This document shows positions 17,901 through 25,494 of a DNA stretch of 25,496 nucleotides, piece after piece. The stretch is from positions 1-25,496 of the IMG/VR virus record IMGVR_UViG_3300020190_003755; one strand, written 5' to 3'. The first letter of the stretch is position 1. The number at the start of each line of letters is the position of its first letter. Source of the DNA: a virus (lineage: Duplodnaviria; Caudoviricetes). Made by a program: the position numbers and the translations under genes. The notes beneath the pieces are model-generated. The model searched no databases. It was not told the origin of the DNA and saw nothing but the letters and a program-made list of their open reading frames with translations.

Positions 17901-20900
17901 GCTGGAGGTGCGTTGCCCAGCAGTGCCACGTGGTCTGCAATCACAGCAGGCACAGTGAGTGGTACAGACAGATTCGTGGTTATTGCTACATCTGGTTCTA
18001 ACGCTGCTGCCTATTCAAATGATAGTGGTGCAACATGGACAGCCAGCACACTGCCTAGTTCTGCCAACTGGATTGATGTGTCTTTTGGCAATGGATATTT
18101 TGTGGCGATTGCCAGTGGTTCTAACGTCTCTGCTTATTCAACAGATGGTATCACTTGGACGGCAGGCGGCACTTTGCCAAGCAGCACTTCATGGACCAAA
18201 ATTACAAATGGATTGGTAGGAACCAGTGTGTATTTTGTTGCTATTGCATCGGGTGGTACTACAAATGCGTATTCAGTGGACAATGGTTTGAACTGGATTT
18301 CGGGCGGAGCACTGCCAGCATCGGCCACATGGAGCGGCATTGCTTTTGGCAACAATAGATTTTTTGTGGTGGCAACTGGATCCAGCACTGCTGCTTTATC
18401 CACCAGCGGAGTCACATGGACATCTGTCTCACTGCCAGCTGGTTCAAACTGGGTTGACGTTGAATTTGGTGATGACGTATTTTTAATAGTAGCATCAGGC
18501 ACGGACGAAGTGCTTACCTCTTTCGATGCTACCACAGGATCATTTACCTCAAGAACTCTATCTTTAAATGCAACTTATAGAAATTTAACATATACCTTTT
18601 ACACAGGACAAGGCTTTGGAAGATTTATATTGGTTGATAACTCAACGAATGCAATTGAAATAAACTTGACTTCTGCTAATCATCAACTAGGAACTGGTCC
18701 ACACGTGATATCAGCAGTACCATCAACTAACTCTATAAGATTTACAGCTAGATCCACTGGCACTGTGGACGTGACTTCAGCATCCATTACCGGTGTGGTG
18801 TATGCAAGACCAGATTCATTTTTTGTACACAGACCATTTGACGGTGGCGTTCAATTGGGCACAGGTAATCCAAGTCATGGCGCACAAGCCATACGTCAAA
18901 GTAAGAAGTATGTGAGATATCAATCAGGAAAAGGCATAATGTACACCACTGGTGGCTTGTTCGCTCCCAGCTACAATCTAGCATCAGCCACTGCCAATGG
19001 TACAGCTATCAACAGTGTGATCACAATCACGCTGGATGATACAGATCATGGACTACAAGCAGGAGCTGTGATCGAGGTTATCGGATGCGTAAGTTTTGAA
19101 TATAATCAAGAATATACTGTGGAGACTGTTGTAGATGCGCGAAGTTTCAAAGTTAGAAATGCAGTTGTACTGACCACAGTCACAGCAGAATTAGGTCAAG
19201 ATTGTAAAATATTATTAAAGTATTGGCATGGATCAACTGTTAGAATAGGAGCATTTGATGAACAGAATGGTTTATTTTATCAATATGACGGACAAGAAAT
19301 GGCAGTGGTACGAAGAACCAGCACCAATCAATTGGCTGGATCATGCGCTCTAAACGTTGACAGTAATTTAGTCACAGGCACAGGCACAAGGTTCCAAGAT
19401 CAATTAAAAGTAGGTGATAAAATAGTGATTAGAGGCATGAGTCATATTGTTACTTTAATAAATTCACAAACATCAATGAACATTGCACCTGACTGGCGTG
19501 GTTTCTCAAATGTTACCGGAGCTAGAATCTGTATCACTGAAGAATTATATATGCCACAATATGATTGGAACATTGATACACTTGATGGAAATGGTCCAAG
19601 CGGTTATGACCTTGTACCTTGGCGCATGCAGATGTTAGGTATGCAATACTCATGGTACGCGGCAGGTTTTGTAGAATGGATGATGAGAGGAGCTGATGGA
19701 AGATTTGTTTTCTGTCATAAATTGAGAAATTCAAACGTCAACACAGAAGCTTACATGCGTACTGCAAATTTACCTGTGCGATATGAAGTAGAAAATAGAA
19801 GCGCAGTAAATAAATTATCAGCTGCAATGACTGCTGCTCAAAACACAATATCTTTGACAGATGCCAGCAGATTTCCAACTAATGGCACAGTTTATATAGA
19901 TAATGAATTGATTACATATGGTGGAAAATCAGGCAATACTTTGACCAGTTGCACAAGAGCTTCTACATACAGTGCTTTCACAGCAGGAACCAACAGATTG
20001 TTCACTGCTGCTAGTGCGTCTGCTCACAGTGTTGGAGCAGGAGTAGTTTTGATAAGCTGCACAGCAACTCCTACAATAAGCCATTGGGGTTCGGCGCTAT
20101 TGACAGATGGTAGATTTGATGAAGATAGAGGATATCTGTTCAACTATGCCACTACTGCGTTGAGCATCTCTACTACCAAACAAACATCTTTTTTAATCAG
20201 ATTAGCACCGTCTGTGTCCAATGCAATCGCGGGGGACTTAGGAGAAAGAGATCTATTAAATAGAGCTCAATTGTTATTGAATGAAGTGGCGGTGACCACA
20301 GATACAGGATCAGGTTCAGTTGTGATAGAAGGCGTCTTAAATCCAAAAAATTATCCAACTAATCCAGCTTCAATCACATGGACTGCACTGAACACTGCGG
20401 CTGCAGGCGGACAGCCTAGTTTTGCACAGATAGCATTGGGAGGATCTGTAGACTGGGGCTCAGGTGCATTCACCACCACAACCACAATACAAGGCAGCTT
20501 GACAGCCACTATCACCGCAAGAGCATTCAGCACAGTCAGCCAAACAGTGACAGCAATTGGTGATGTTTCTGCAGTGATTGCAGGACGTACTAGAGCTTTC
20601 TTGACTAGCACCAACGATTTTTTTATAACTAACTCTCAGTATGACGGCTTAACTGCAACTCCTTTACGCATAGGAGATAGAATTTCAGTCGCTACTTTCG
20701 TCACAGGCGGTCAAACTATTTCTAACATCACTAGAGCTTATCTGGGTACAATTTACACAAGAATAACCATGAGTGCGGTTCCCAACGCACAGAGTGCTGT
20801 TGCCGCAAACGTCAGTGTGACCATACAAAACAGTATTTCACTCAACTATAATAGAGCTTTCTTGTCTGGAAGAACAGATTTTTTGGTTACAAACACAGAC

Positions 20901-21560
20901 AACACAAATATCAAAATAGCAGTGGGTGACAGAATCTCTGTTGCATCTATTGTAACAGGCAATCAGACCATCACATCCATCACGCCTAGCTACGCCACAG
21001 TAGCAAGTGTTGTGTACACTAGAGTTATAATGAGTGCAGCGGCCAATGCCACATCAGCTGCGGCGACCAACATAAGCACAACTGTACAAGCAGCTGGCAC
21101 AGGTTCTACATACACAGGAAACTTCATATTTTTCACACTGGCCACTTGGAATAATTCCACTGCCACAGTAGGATCTCGAATAGCAGCAGCTTTCACTCAA
21201 TTTCCAGCAGGTACAGCAGTGAGTGCAGTGGCAAGTCGCGTTCTAAGTACTACCACCGTGATAAGAGCCACATTTACTCAAACCTTGACCACATCTGTGT
21301 CGGCAGGTGCCACTGTTACTTTCCAATTTGGTCCTGAACAACATGCTGTACCAGGAGAACAAGTATTTTCATTTTTGTGTCAGCCCGGCAGTTTGAATTC
21401 ACTGAACTTATCCAATCTAAAAGAATTGACTACCACTGCAATTGGTGGTAGAGGAGCATTTCCTAACGGTCCAGACGTGCTGGCCATAAATGTGTACAAG
21501 ACCACAGGAGCAGCAGTGCAAGGTTCTGTTATTTTACGTTGGGGTGAAGCTCAGGCGTAA
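14910..21560 (+). CDS. Very large multidomain virion structural / receptor-binding protein (2216 aa)
   Basis: This is a long intact Thr/Gly/Ser/Ala-rich ORF. It includes an RMRVAAPQAMLDADFEYGLQPTKW block, G-x-x-Y...LGGATPAND repeats, an Asp-box beta-propeller-like region, an IRQSKKYVRYQSGKG...YSWYAAG...NLPVRYE lectin-like core and a C-terminal duplication. Confidence 0.8.
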   Translation: MAKKQIKNYVFEPGISKDDGLYPFAAQLLLLNKSHLQNQVVKFIDFSISVGTITTTAAAGNGVTATLTFATKAYPPYIVGQTITVAGVTPVGYNGTKTVTACTTTSVSFSSATTGSQTVAGTITSAYTGYTYASQKCTRDVGFFIDAVVHDVKYGGNVKSRQVADYFWIDGEPQIRGDVTPETTGQAYLRDIINDYIFENIQNPVTYGNTTPQVIDANINAESDAAAQNTTLWNIFRTVITSGIPAMPAKIPGVSSIRIIGQFDVSDILLITDTDNSEILYSFADPANSISISLKQGRSSGDGNLLSDVDFRTWAQKSDAITTIDLSADTSNLTSSASIQIFVEQSSQEIRPWDFGTDAIERMRVAAPQAMLDADFEYGLQPTKWQALGLIRMYPSVYEIPGSDLSISAITTDASINTGAFGSSLITVTTNGTHGIEKGYPITVKGLNTTVSGFARAEGAFIVFSTPSAVSFTYFASARVGTAEGQSLFTSFAQIRAAAFFTGATIGQPSFSLFSNGTAISIQLAFAAASGATSIIYTGSAPVVGSPVTGSASIAAGTSIAGLIGTGTINAITLSNALSTDTNIDVVDTTGILNGMAISSSGIANTVATIVGQTLTMTGTLGSAYKGRDHTNNSVNGTLIAPAGSGSTFDVSRSAGTYTVVTLNTPGSDYFQGDKIKIVGTDLGGATPANDITILITAVAGSAISAFTFTGSSITGGATYSAVVATGGTGASGAFNVVRTGGTGAYSVALANAGTGYTVADSLTIAGSDLGGSSPANDIVLTVDTVGGSGEIATFTITGSPIGVTGDASYVAVVPSNIAHAGTGAQFNVTRTNGVYTVAVSPPGSNFEIGNRLTVLGTVLDGLSSANDATILITSISGSGAITGQTISGTPITGDTLTVYSTLGLSDALTAGIAAGVFLNVGAIATFQVDFTSAHGLIPGTTILSQVTSAPAPALSSTTRTLTGSGNWSVKGFNGKFVAVRQGATATQVSTTGQTWSAGGALPSSATWSAITAGTVSGTDRFVVIATSGSNAAAYSNDSGATWTASTLPSSANWIDVSFGNGYFVAIASGSNVSAYSTDGITWTAGGTLPSSTSWTKITNGLVGTSVYFVAIASGGTTNAYSVDNGLNWISGGALPASATWSGIAFGNNRFFVVATGSSTAALSTSGVTWTSVSLPAGSNWVDVEFGDDVFLIVASGTDEVLTSFDATTGSFTSRTLSLNATYRNLTYTFYTGQGFGRFILVDNSTNAIEINLTSANHQLGTGPHVISAVPSTNSIRFTARSTGTVDVTSASITGVVYARPDSFFVHRPFDGGVQLGTGNPSHGAQAIRQSKKYVRYQSGKGIMYTTGGLFAPSYNLASATANGTAINSVITITLDDTDHGLQAGAVIEVIGCVSFEYNQEYTVETVVDARSFKVRNAVVLTTVTAELGQDCKILLKYWHGSTVRIGAFDEQNGLFYQYDGQEMAVVRRTSTNQLAGSCALNVDSNLVTGTGTRFQDQLKVGDKIVIRGMSHIVTLINSQTSMNIAPDWRGFSNVTGARICITEELYMPQYDWNIDTLDGNGPSGYDLVPWRMQMLGMQYSWYAAGFVEWMMRGADGRFVFCHKLRNSNVNTEAYMRTANLPVRYEVENRSAVNKLSAAMTAAQNTISLTDASRFPTNGTVYIDNELITYGGKSGNTLTSCTRASTYSAFTAGTNRLFTAASASAHSVGAGVVLISCTATPTISHWGSALLTDGRFDEDRGYLFNYATTALSISTTKQTSFLIRLAPSVSNAIAGDLGERDLLNRAQLLLNEVAVTTDTGSGSVVIEGVLNPKNYPTNPASITWTALNTAAAGGQPSFAQIALGGSVDWGSGAFTTTTTIQGSLTATITARAFSTVSQTVTAIGDVSAVIAGRTRAFLTSTNDFFITNSQYDGLTATPLRIGDRISVATFVTGGQTISNITRAYLGTIYTRITMSAVPNAQSAVAANVSVTIQNSISLNYNRAFLSGRTDFLVTNTDNTNIKIAVGDRISVASIVTGNQTITSITPSYATVASVVYTRVIMSAAANATSAAATNISTTVQAAGTGSTYTGNFIFFTLATWNNSTATVGSRIAAAFTQFPAGTAVSAVASRVLSTTTVIRATFTQTLTTSVSAGATVTFQFGPEQHAVPGEQVFSFLCQPGSLNSLNLSNLKELTTTAIGGRGAFPNGPDVLAINVYKTTGAAVQGSVILRWGEAQA
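16840..17590 (+). repeat. Three tandem ~85-aa beta modules (F.V.R..G.Y.V...G..Y...D.L.I.G..LGG..PAND)
   Basis: The units include GSDYFQGDKIKIVGTDLGGATPAND, GTGYTVADSLTIAGSDLGGSSPAND and GSNFEIGNRLTVLGTVLDGLSSAND. A related copy occurs in the first large protein (GSGYVVGDTITIPGASLGGATPANN, about 4040-4110). Boundaries are approximate. Confidence 0.75.
17800..18660 (+). repeat. BNR/Asp-box-like repeats, probable beta-propeller
   Basis: STTGQTW, YSNDSGATW, YSTDGITW, YSVDNGLNW and LSTSGVTW are each followed by LP..(A/S).W..(I/V)..G...F(V/F/L), with a period of about 40-45 aa. Confidence 0.75.
20592..21089 (+). repeat. Tandem 87-aa domain duplication near the C-terminus
   Basis: RAFL...DF..TN...GDRISVA..VTG.QTI..IT..Y...YTR..MSA..NA.SA.A.N.S.T.Q starts at 20592 and again at 20853 (261-nt period). 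Both copies begin AGAGCTTTCTTG. Confidence 0.85.
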
Positions 21561-21930
21561 CATTCTTTTGAGTGTCTCCAGGAATTATCCTATAATTATC
21601 TTCAATACTGTCAGCTGTGCTCACTTCAGTTATTGAACTATTGTCCATTAAAGCTTCTAATTGATGTGGTTGAAGTGGAGGATTGTGCCAAGTCTGTCCC
21701 TCAGTAAGTTCTTTTTGATAAAGTTTAGCATCTTTAGTATCTATCCATCGTACTATAAACTTGCCATTGTTGACAAACCAAGTCTCATCTTTAGCTTTGT
21801 GAAAATGCAATGAGCATTTCGAGCCAATTTTTTCAAACACTAATATTTTTCCACAATATTGATCATTGGTGGCCCATATAATTTCATAACCCCAACCTTT
21901 GGTTATTTTACCTTCTAATCTATTTTTCAT
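21529..21930 (-). CDS. Cupin-fold sugar isomerase-like protein (mannose-6-phosphate isomerase type II C-terminal-like, 133 aa)
   Basis: KGWGYEIIW...YCGKIL...SLHFHKAKDETW...G...PPLQPHQL...EVST...DNYR contains the cupin H-x-H...E and H metal ligands. Its 3' end overlaps the convergent large gene by 32 nt. Confidence 0.8.
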   Translation of the reverse strand: MKNRLEGKITKGWGYEIIWATNDQYCGKILVFEKIGSKCSLHFHKAKDETWFVNNGKFIVRWIDTKDAKLYQKELTEGQTWHNPPLQPHQLEALMDNSSITEVSTADSIEDNYRIIPGDTQKNVTPELHPNVK

Positions 21931-22744
21931 TGTCTATGTATTCCTTAACAGTTTGAAAACGTATTTGTATATGCTTATTTAAAAGTTCGTTATTAGAGCA
22001 AGTATAGGTTTGATATTGATGAGTCAACATTTTTGGCATTGGAACAATATCTATTGGAACTTTATGCTTTTGTGCTATTAATTCAGCCACTTCTTTGAAG
22101 CTGGTTGCAATGCCAGTACCAACATTAAAAATGCCACTAGTTTGTTTGTGCAACATCAATTCATGAACCTTGCACACATCATGCACGCAAACAAAATCTC
22201 TTTTATAATTTTCACTGTTCTCAAAAATAATTATTTTTTTTTGAGTTTTGGCTTGCATAGAAAATTTTGTAATAGGAGACGCCTGTTCTGATTTGTGTTC
22301 CTCATGAGGTCCATATACATTAAAGTATCTGAATCCCTGTATTTTTATTTTGTATTGACTGTATGGAACAGATTCCACATATCGATCAAACATGTATTTG
22401 CTCCAACTGTAAGGAGAATTGGGACTTTTTGCTGCATTTTCTCTAAAATTTGTTGTGTTGCCATACACACTGGCTGAACTGGCATATTGAAAATTTATTC
22501 TAAGACTGTTGCACAATGAAAGTAGTCTCATACTGAATTCAAAATTTTGTGAAATAATTTTATCAACATCTTTTTCAATGGTGCTAGAAATAGCTCCCAA
22601 ATGTATCACTTGATGTATGTCTCTTAGATTGGGTAGTATGCCTGGTTGATATTCAAACCCTTGCACATTATGCAGCAGTGATTGCAAATGTTTCAGTAAG
22701 TTTTGACCAATAAAACCCTTGTATCCAGTTAATAAAATATTCAT
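21920..22744 (-). CDS. hldD: ADP-L-glycero-D-manno-heptose 6-epimerase-like extended SDR (274 aa)
   Basis: It has a Rossmann TGYKGFIG, HLGAISST, YASSASVYG, catalytic YSWSK, and the HldD-typical FRYFNVYGPHEEHK, RDFVCVHDV, FNVGTG and YQTYT. It is adjacent to hldE. Confidence 0.85.
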   Translation of the reverse strand: MNILLTGYKGFIGQNLLKHLQSLLHNVQGFEYQPGILPNLRDIHQVIHLGAISSTIEKDVDKIISQNFEFSMRLLSLCNSLRINFQYASSASVYGNTTNFRENAAKSPNSPYSWSKYMFDRYVESVPYSQYKIKIQGFRYFNVYGPHEEHKSEQASPITKFSMQAKTQKKIIIFENSENYKRDFVCVHDVCKVHELMLHKQTSGIFNVGTGIATSFKEVAELIAQKHKVPIDIVPMPKMLTHQYQTYTCSNNELLNKHIQIRFQTVKEYIDNEK

Positions 22745-23988
22745 TTCACTAGTTTGTTAATGATATTAGAAGTGCTGTAGCCTTCTAATTTTGGAAAAAT
22801 TATCACCTTGGCTAAATCATTTCCCACTGTTGTTTCTACAGTGTAATCTCCACCTTTAACTATTACATCTGGACGTATTTTTTCCAAGATGTTTTTTGGA
22901 GTATCCTCAGAAAACACCACTACAGAATCTACCCAGCTCAATATTTCCAATTGTTTTTTTCTAACTTCGCATTTGTTAATTGGTCTGTCCGCACCTTTCA
23001 ATCTTTTTACACTGTCGTCATCATTGATTCCAACTATTAGTTTTTTTCCTTGGCTTTTAGCAAATTTTAGTAGCTCAAGATGTCCTGTGTGTATGATATC
23101 AAATACTCCATTGGTCCAAACTACTCCTCTGTCAATGTCCTGTGGACTTACTGGTACTACTCCTTGTTTTTCAACATTCCTAGCTGCAGCATAACAGGCA
23201 AGCTCACAGCTTTGTTTTACAGAGTATCCTTTGTTTATTCCATAAATTAACACAGCTAGAAAAGCATCGCCTGCTCCTGATACATCAGCAACTTCTTTGC
23301 TGGGTTCTTTGTGATGGTGATAATGTCCATCTGTGTGTAAGATATGCACACCTTTTGATCCTTCTGTAATTATCAACCAAGTCCAGTCATATTTGCGCAT
23401 GAATTTTATCGCACTTGCAACTTCGAAATCACCATTCCATATCATATATTCTTTCATGTTTGGTTTGACCAAGAACGCTCCAGTATAAAACAGAGGACTT
23501 TGTTTAGGATCTACAAATATGTTGTGTGTTTTTGACAAAATTTTTGACACAGTATCAATTTTAATAACTCCTTTAGCATAATCACTGATCACAACAATGT
23601 CATCTCTTTCCAATGTTTCCACAAATTCATCATCAACATTGCCTGTATAAAATTTTTCACGATCTAATCTAACCACATGATGTCCACCTTGACCTATTAT
23701 CCTTGTTTTTTCGGTGGTGTAATCAGCATCTCTTTTAATGTTAATAGACATGCCTTCATACGCTAACAAATTCAATAACGTAAATCCTTCTATGTCATCA
23801 GACATAGCACCCCAGATATCTACCTTTATTTTAAGACGTGCTAGATTCACAGCAACATTGGCAGCTCCGCCAGCATTTAAATTTTCATCCTGTTTTAAAA
23901 TGATTGGAATGGGTGCTTCCGGACTCATGCGTGTGGCTGTGCCTTTGATCCATCTATCCAACATCACATCACCTAATATTTTTATCAT
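22741..23988 (-). CDS. hldE: Bifunctional heptose-7-phosphate kinase / heptose-1-phosphate nucleotidyltransferase (415 aa)
   Basis: A PfkB kinase domain (GDVMLD, RMSPEAPIP, GGAANVA, SDYAKG, VDPK, KPN, DVSGAGD) is fused to a nucleotidyltransferase domain (TNGVFDIIHTGH, GINDDDSVKRLKG..RP, F.EDTP, KGGDY, GYSTS). There are ATGA overlaps on both sides. Confidence 0.92.
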   Translation of the reverse strand: MIKILGDVMLDRWIKGTATRMSPEAPIPIILKQDENLNAGGAANVAVNLARLKIKVDIWGAMSDDIEGFTLLNLLAYEGMSINIKRDADYTTEKTRIIGQGGHHVVRLDREKFYTGNVDDEFVETLERDDIVVISDYAKGVIKIDTVSKILSKTHNIFVDPKQSPLFYTGAFLVKPNMKEYMIWNGDFEVASAIKFMRKYDWTWLIITEGSKGVHILHTDGHYHHHKEPSKEVADVSGAGDAFLAVLIYGINKGYSVKQSCELACYAAARNVEKQGVVPVSPQDIDRGVVWTNGVFDIIHTGHLELLKFAKSQGKKLIVGINDDDSVKRLKGADRPINKCEVRKKQLEILSWVDSVVVFSEDTPKNILEKIRPDVIVKGGDYTVETTVGNDLAKVIIFPKLEGYSTSNIINKLVK

Positions 23989-24419
23989 AAAAATTTCAAC
24001 ATTTTAAATACAGTTTCTAATTTCATTTGATTGGTTTTGTTGGTGAGAGTATTGCGTAATCCTTGATGCAGAGGTTTTGGCCATTTACCAAACTGAACCC
24101 ATGCATAACCGTCGTGTTCTTCATTCAGCACAGGAAGAAATTCATCTTTTACCACACACAAATATGTATGATATAGAAAATTTTCATCGTTACTCACAAA
24201 TGTCTCAAGCGGAATAGTTTTGATAATTTTTATTGGCCCAATTTCTTCGCCAATTTCCCTACTGAGTGATTCCCACGGAGTTTCAGAATCTATATTTTTT
24301 CCTCCCACGAGACCCCAAACATTAGATATTTTACTTTGGGTGCGGTGTAAAAATAAAAACCTTTGTGTGTGCATGGCATAGAAAAGAGCTCCTATACCAA
24401 TTATTTTACGGACATTCAT
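23985..24419 (-). CDS. NUDIX hydrolase (144 aa)
   Basis: It has an intact Nudix box G-KNIDS-E-TPWESLS-RE-IG-EE-IG, plus LNEEHDGYAW and PLH.G. Confidence 0.9.
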   Translation of the reverse strand: MNVRKIIGIGALFYAMHTQRFLFLHRTQSKISNVWGLVGGKNIDSETPWESLSREIGEEIGPIKIIKTIPLETFVSNDENFLYHTYLCVVKDEFLPVLNEEHDGYAWVQFGKWPKPLHQGLRNTLTNKTNQMKLETVFKMLKFL

Positions 24420-24424
24420 AGCTG

Positions 24425-24431
24425 TAATTAT
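24425..24431 (-). promoter_or_regulatory. Possible variant late promoter (ATAATTA) for the NUDIX-hldE-hldD-cupin operon
   Basis: The minus strand reads TAG-C-ATAATTA-CAGCT-ATG. This is one mismatch from ATAAATA, inside a 13-nt gap. Confidence 0.4.
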
Positions 24432-24432
24432 G

Positions 24433-25494
24433 CTATAATCTTAGGTCCCAGGTTCCTTTTCGATATTCACCTTCAATGCTCAATAGCCATTCACTGCCGG
24501 TCCATTTGTACTGCACTCCGGTATTTAGATTGGTAACGTAGTGTGTCACATCAGTTGAATCATCTGTCTCATTGGCACTGGCATCGAATAACACGTTCCA
24601 TGAAGTGCCATTCCATTCTACTATATCATTGCTGGATGCTACAAAATCGGATCCATCACTATTTTTCCAAGCGTCTGGACCGTCATATGTTTGATTGTAT
24701 GGAGTATTACCATAAGATTGACCCACATTCTCACTTGGGTTGATATCGTTAAGTATTATTAATCTTAAGCCAGTTACTTTGTCATCAGTTGGATTATATT
24801 TGATAGGATCTACAATCAGATCCACTGTGCCTCTATTGGTCACTCCATTTATCAAAGTATTTGTAGGAAATGTTTCTGCGTCCCAAGTGACTATCAACTG
24901 ATTTTCGTTTAGTGTATTAATTGCAAAAGTGCCAGATATGGTAGCATCAGTACCTGCTCTTTCTAAAACTATTCTGCTTATTCCAGCCTGATATGGACCT
25001 GGGTATGCATCCAGTACTTTCCTCCAATTCGTTGTGCCTATCTGACCTTGATGAATAATTTGCACAGTATTATTAAGCACTAAAATATTATAGTCACTGG
25101 CAGTAGTACCTATCACTGCATCAGCATCTGCTCTCACCGATGTACTTGTGCTTCTAGTACCATCTGCCGTGGTGTCTATGTCGGCTCTGATAGTATCAGT
25201 TGCGTTTTCAGAATATGCTTTCAATTCAGGCATGCTCATACTTAAATCTATAGTGCCTGTAGTTTCATTAAAAATACTGGTAATTATTTTTGTAATTACT
25301 CCTAGTTTTTTAACTTTTGTGGGAGGACTTATATAGATAGGGGTGCTAAATGTTAATGTGGCAATATCTATTTCACTTTCAACTCCCACCGGAATAGAAC
25401 GACTGCTGAATACCACATTGGTCAGATCAACCACAGTAAGACTGGTCCAATCCACATAGTTGTCAGTGGTTTGTAATTCTAAACTAGGATTGAA
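24433..25494 (-). CDS. T4 gp15-like tail sheath stabiliser / tail completion protein with C-terminal extension, 5'-truncated
   Basis: The frame is open to the window end (FNPSLELQTTDNYVDWTSL...), so the GTG at 25455 is internal. FNPS...DWT and IDIATLTFSTPIYISPP...I..II resemble the gp15 family core. The C-terminal part has NDIVEWNGTSW and YKWTGSEW repeats. Confidence 0.6.
   Translation of the reverse strand, partial: FNPSLELQTTDNYVDWTSLTVVDLTNVVFSSRSIPVGVESEIDIATLTFSTPIYISPPTKVKKLGVITKIITSIFNETTGTIDLSMSMPELKAYSENATDTIRADIDTTADGTRSTSTSVRADADAVIGTTASDYNILVLNNTVQIIHQGQIGTTNWRKVLDAYPGPYQAGISRIVLERAGTDATISGTFAINTLNENQLIVTWDAETFPTNTLINGVTNRGTVDLIVDPIKYNPTDDKVTGLRLIILNDINPSENVGQSYGNTPYNQTYDGPDAWKNSDGSDFVASSNDIVEWNGTSWNVLFDASANETDDSTDVTHYVTNLNTGVQYKWTGSEWLLSIEGEYRKGTWDLRL

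Noticed and set aside
22234-22242. Homopolymer runs (T9 in hldD, A8 at 10366-10373 in GT9-A) as phase-variation switches
   Set aside because: Both frames are intact and such runs are common in AT-rich, Lys-rich coding DNA. Read-level data would be needed to support switching.
9998-23988. Bacterial chromosomal LPS core locus (hldD, hldE, GT9)
   Set aside because: The genes are embedded among phage virion genes with T4-type late-promoter motifs and a gp15-like gene, and no bacterial housekeeping context is present.
885-25336. The many 60-135 aa ORFs nested in or antisense to the main genes (for example 3162..3497, 6233..6625, 18134..18535, 22889..23194)
   Set aside because: They overlap well-supported genes, lack recognisable motifs, and look like shadow frames of biased codon usage.
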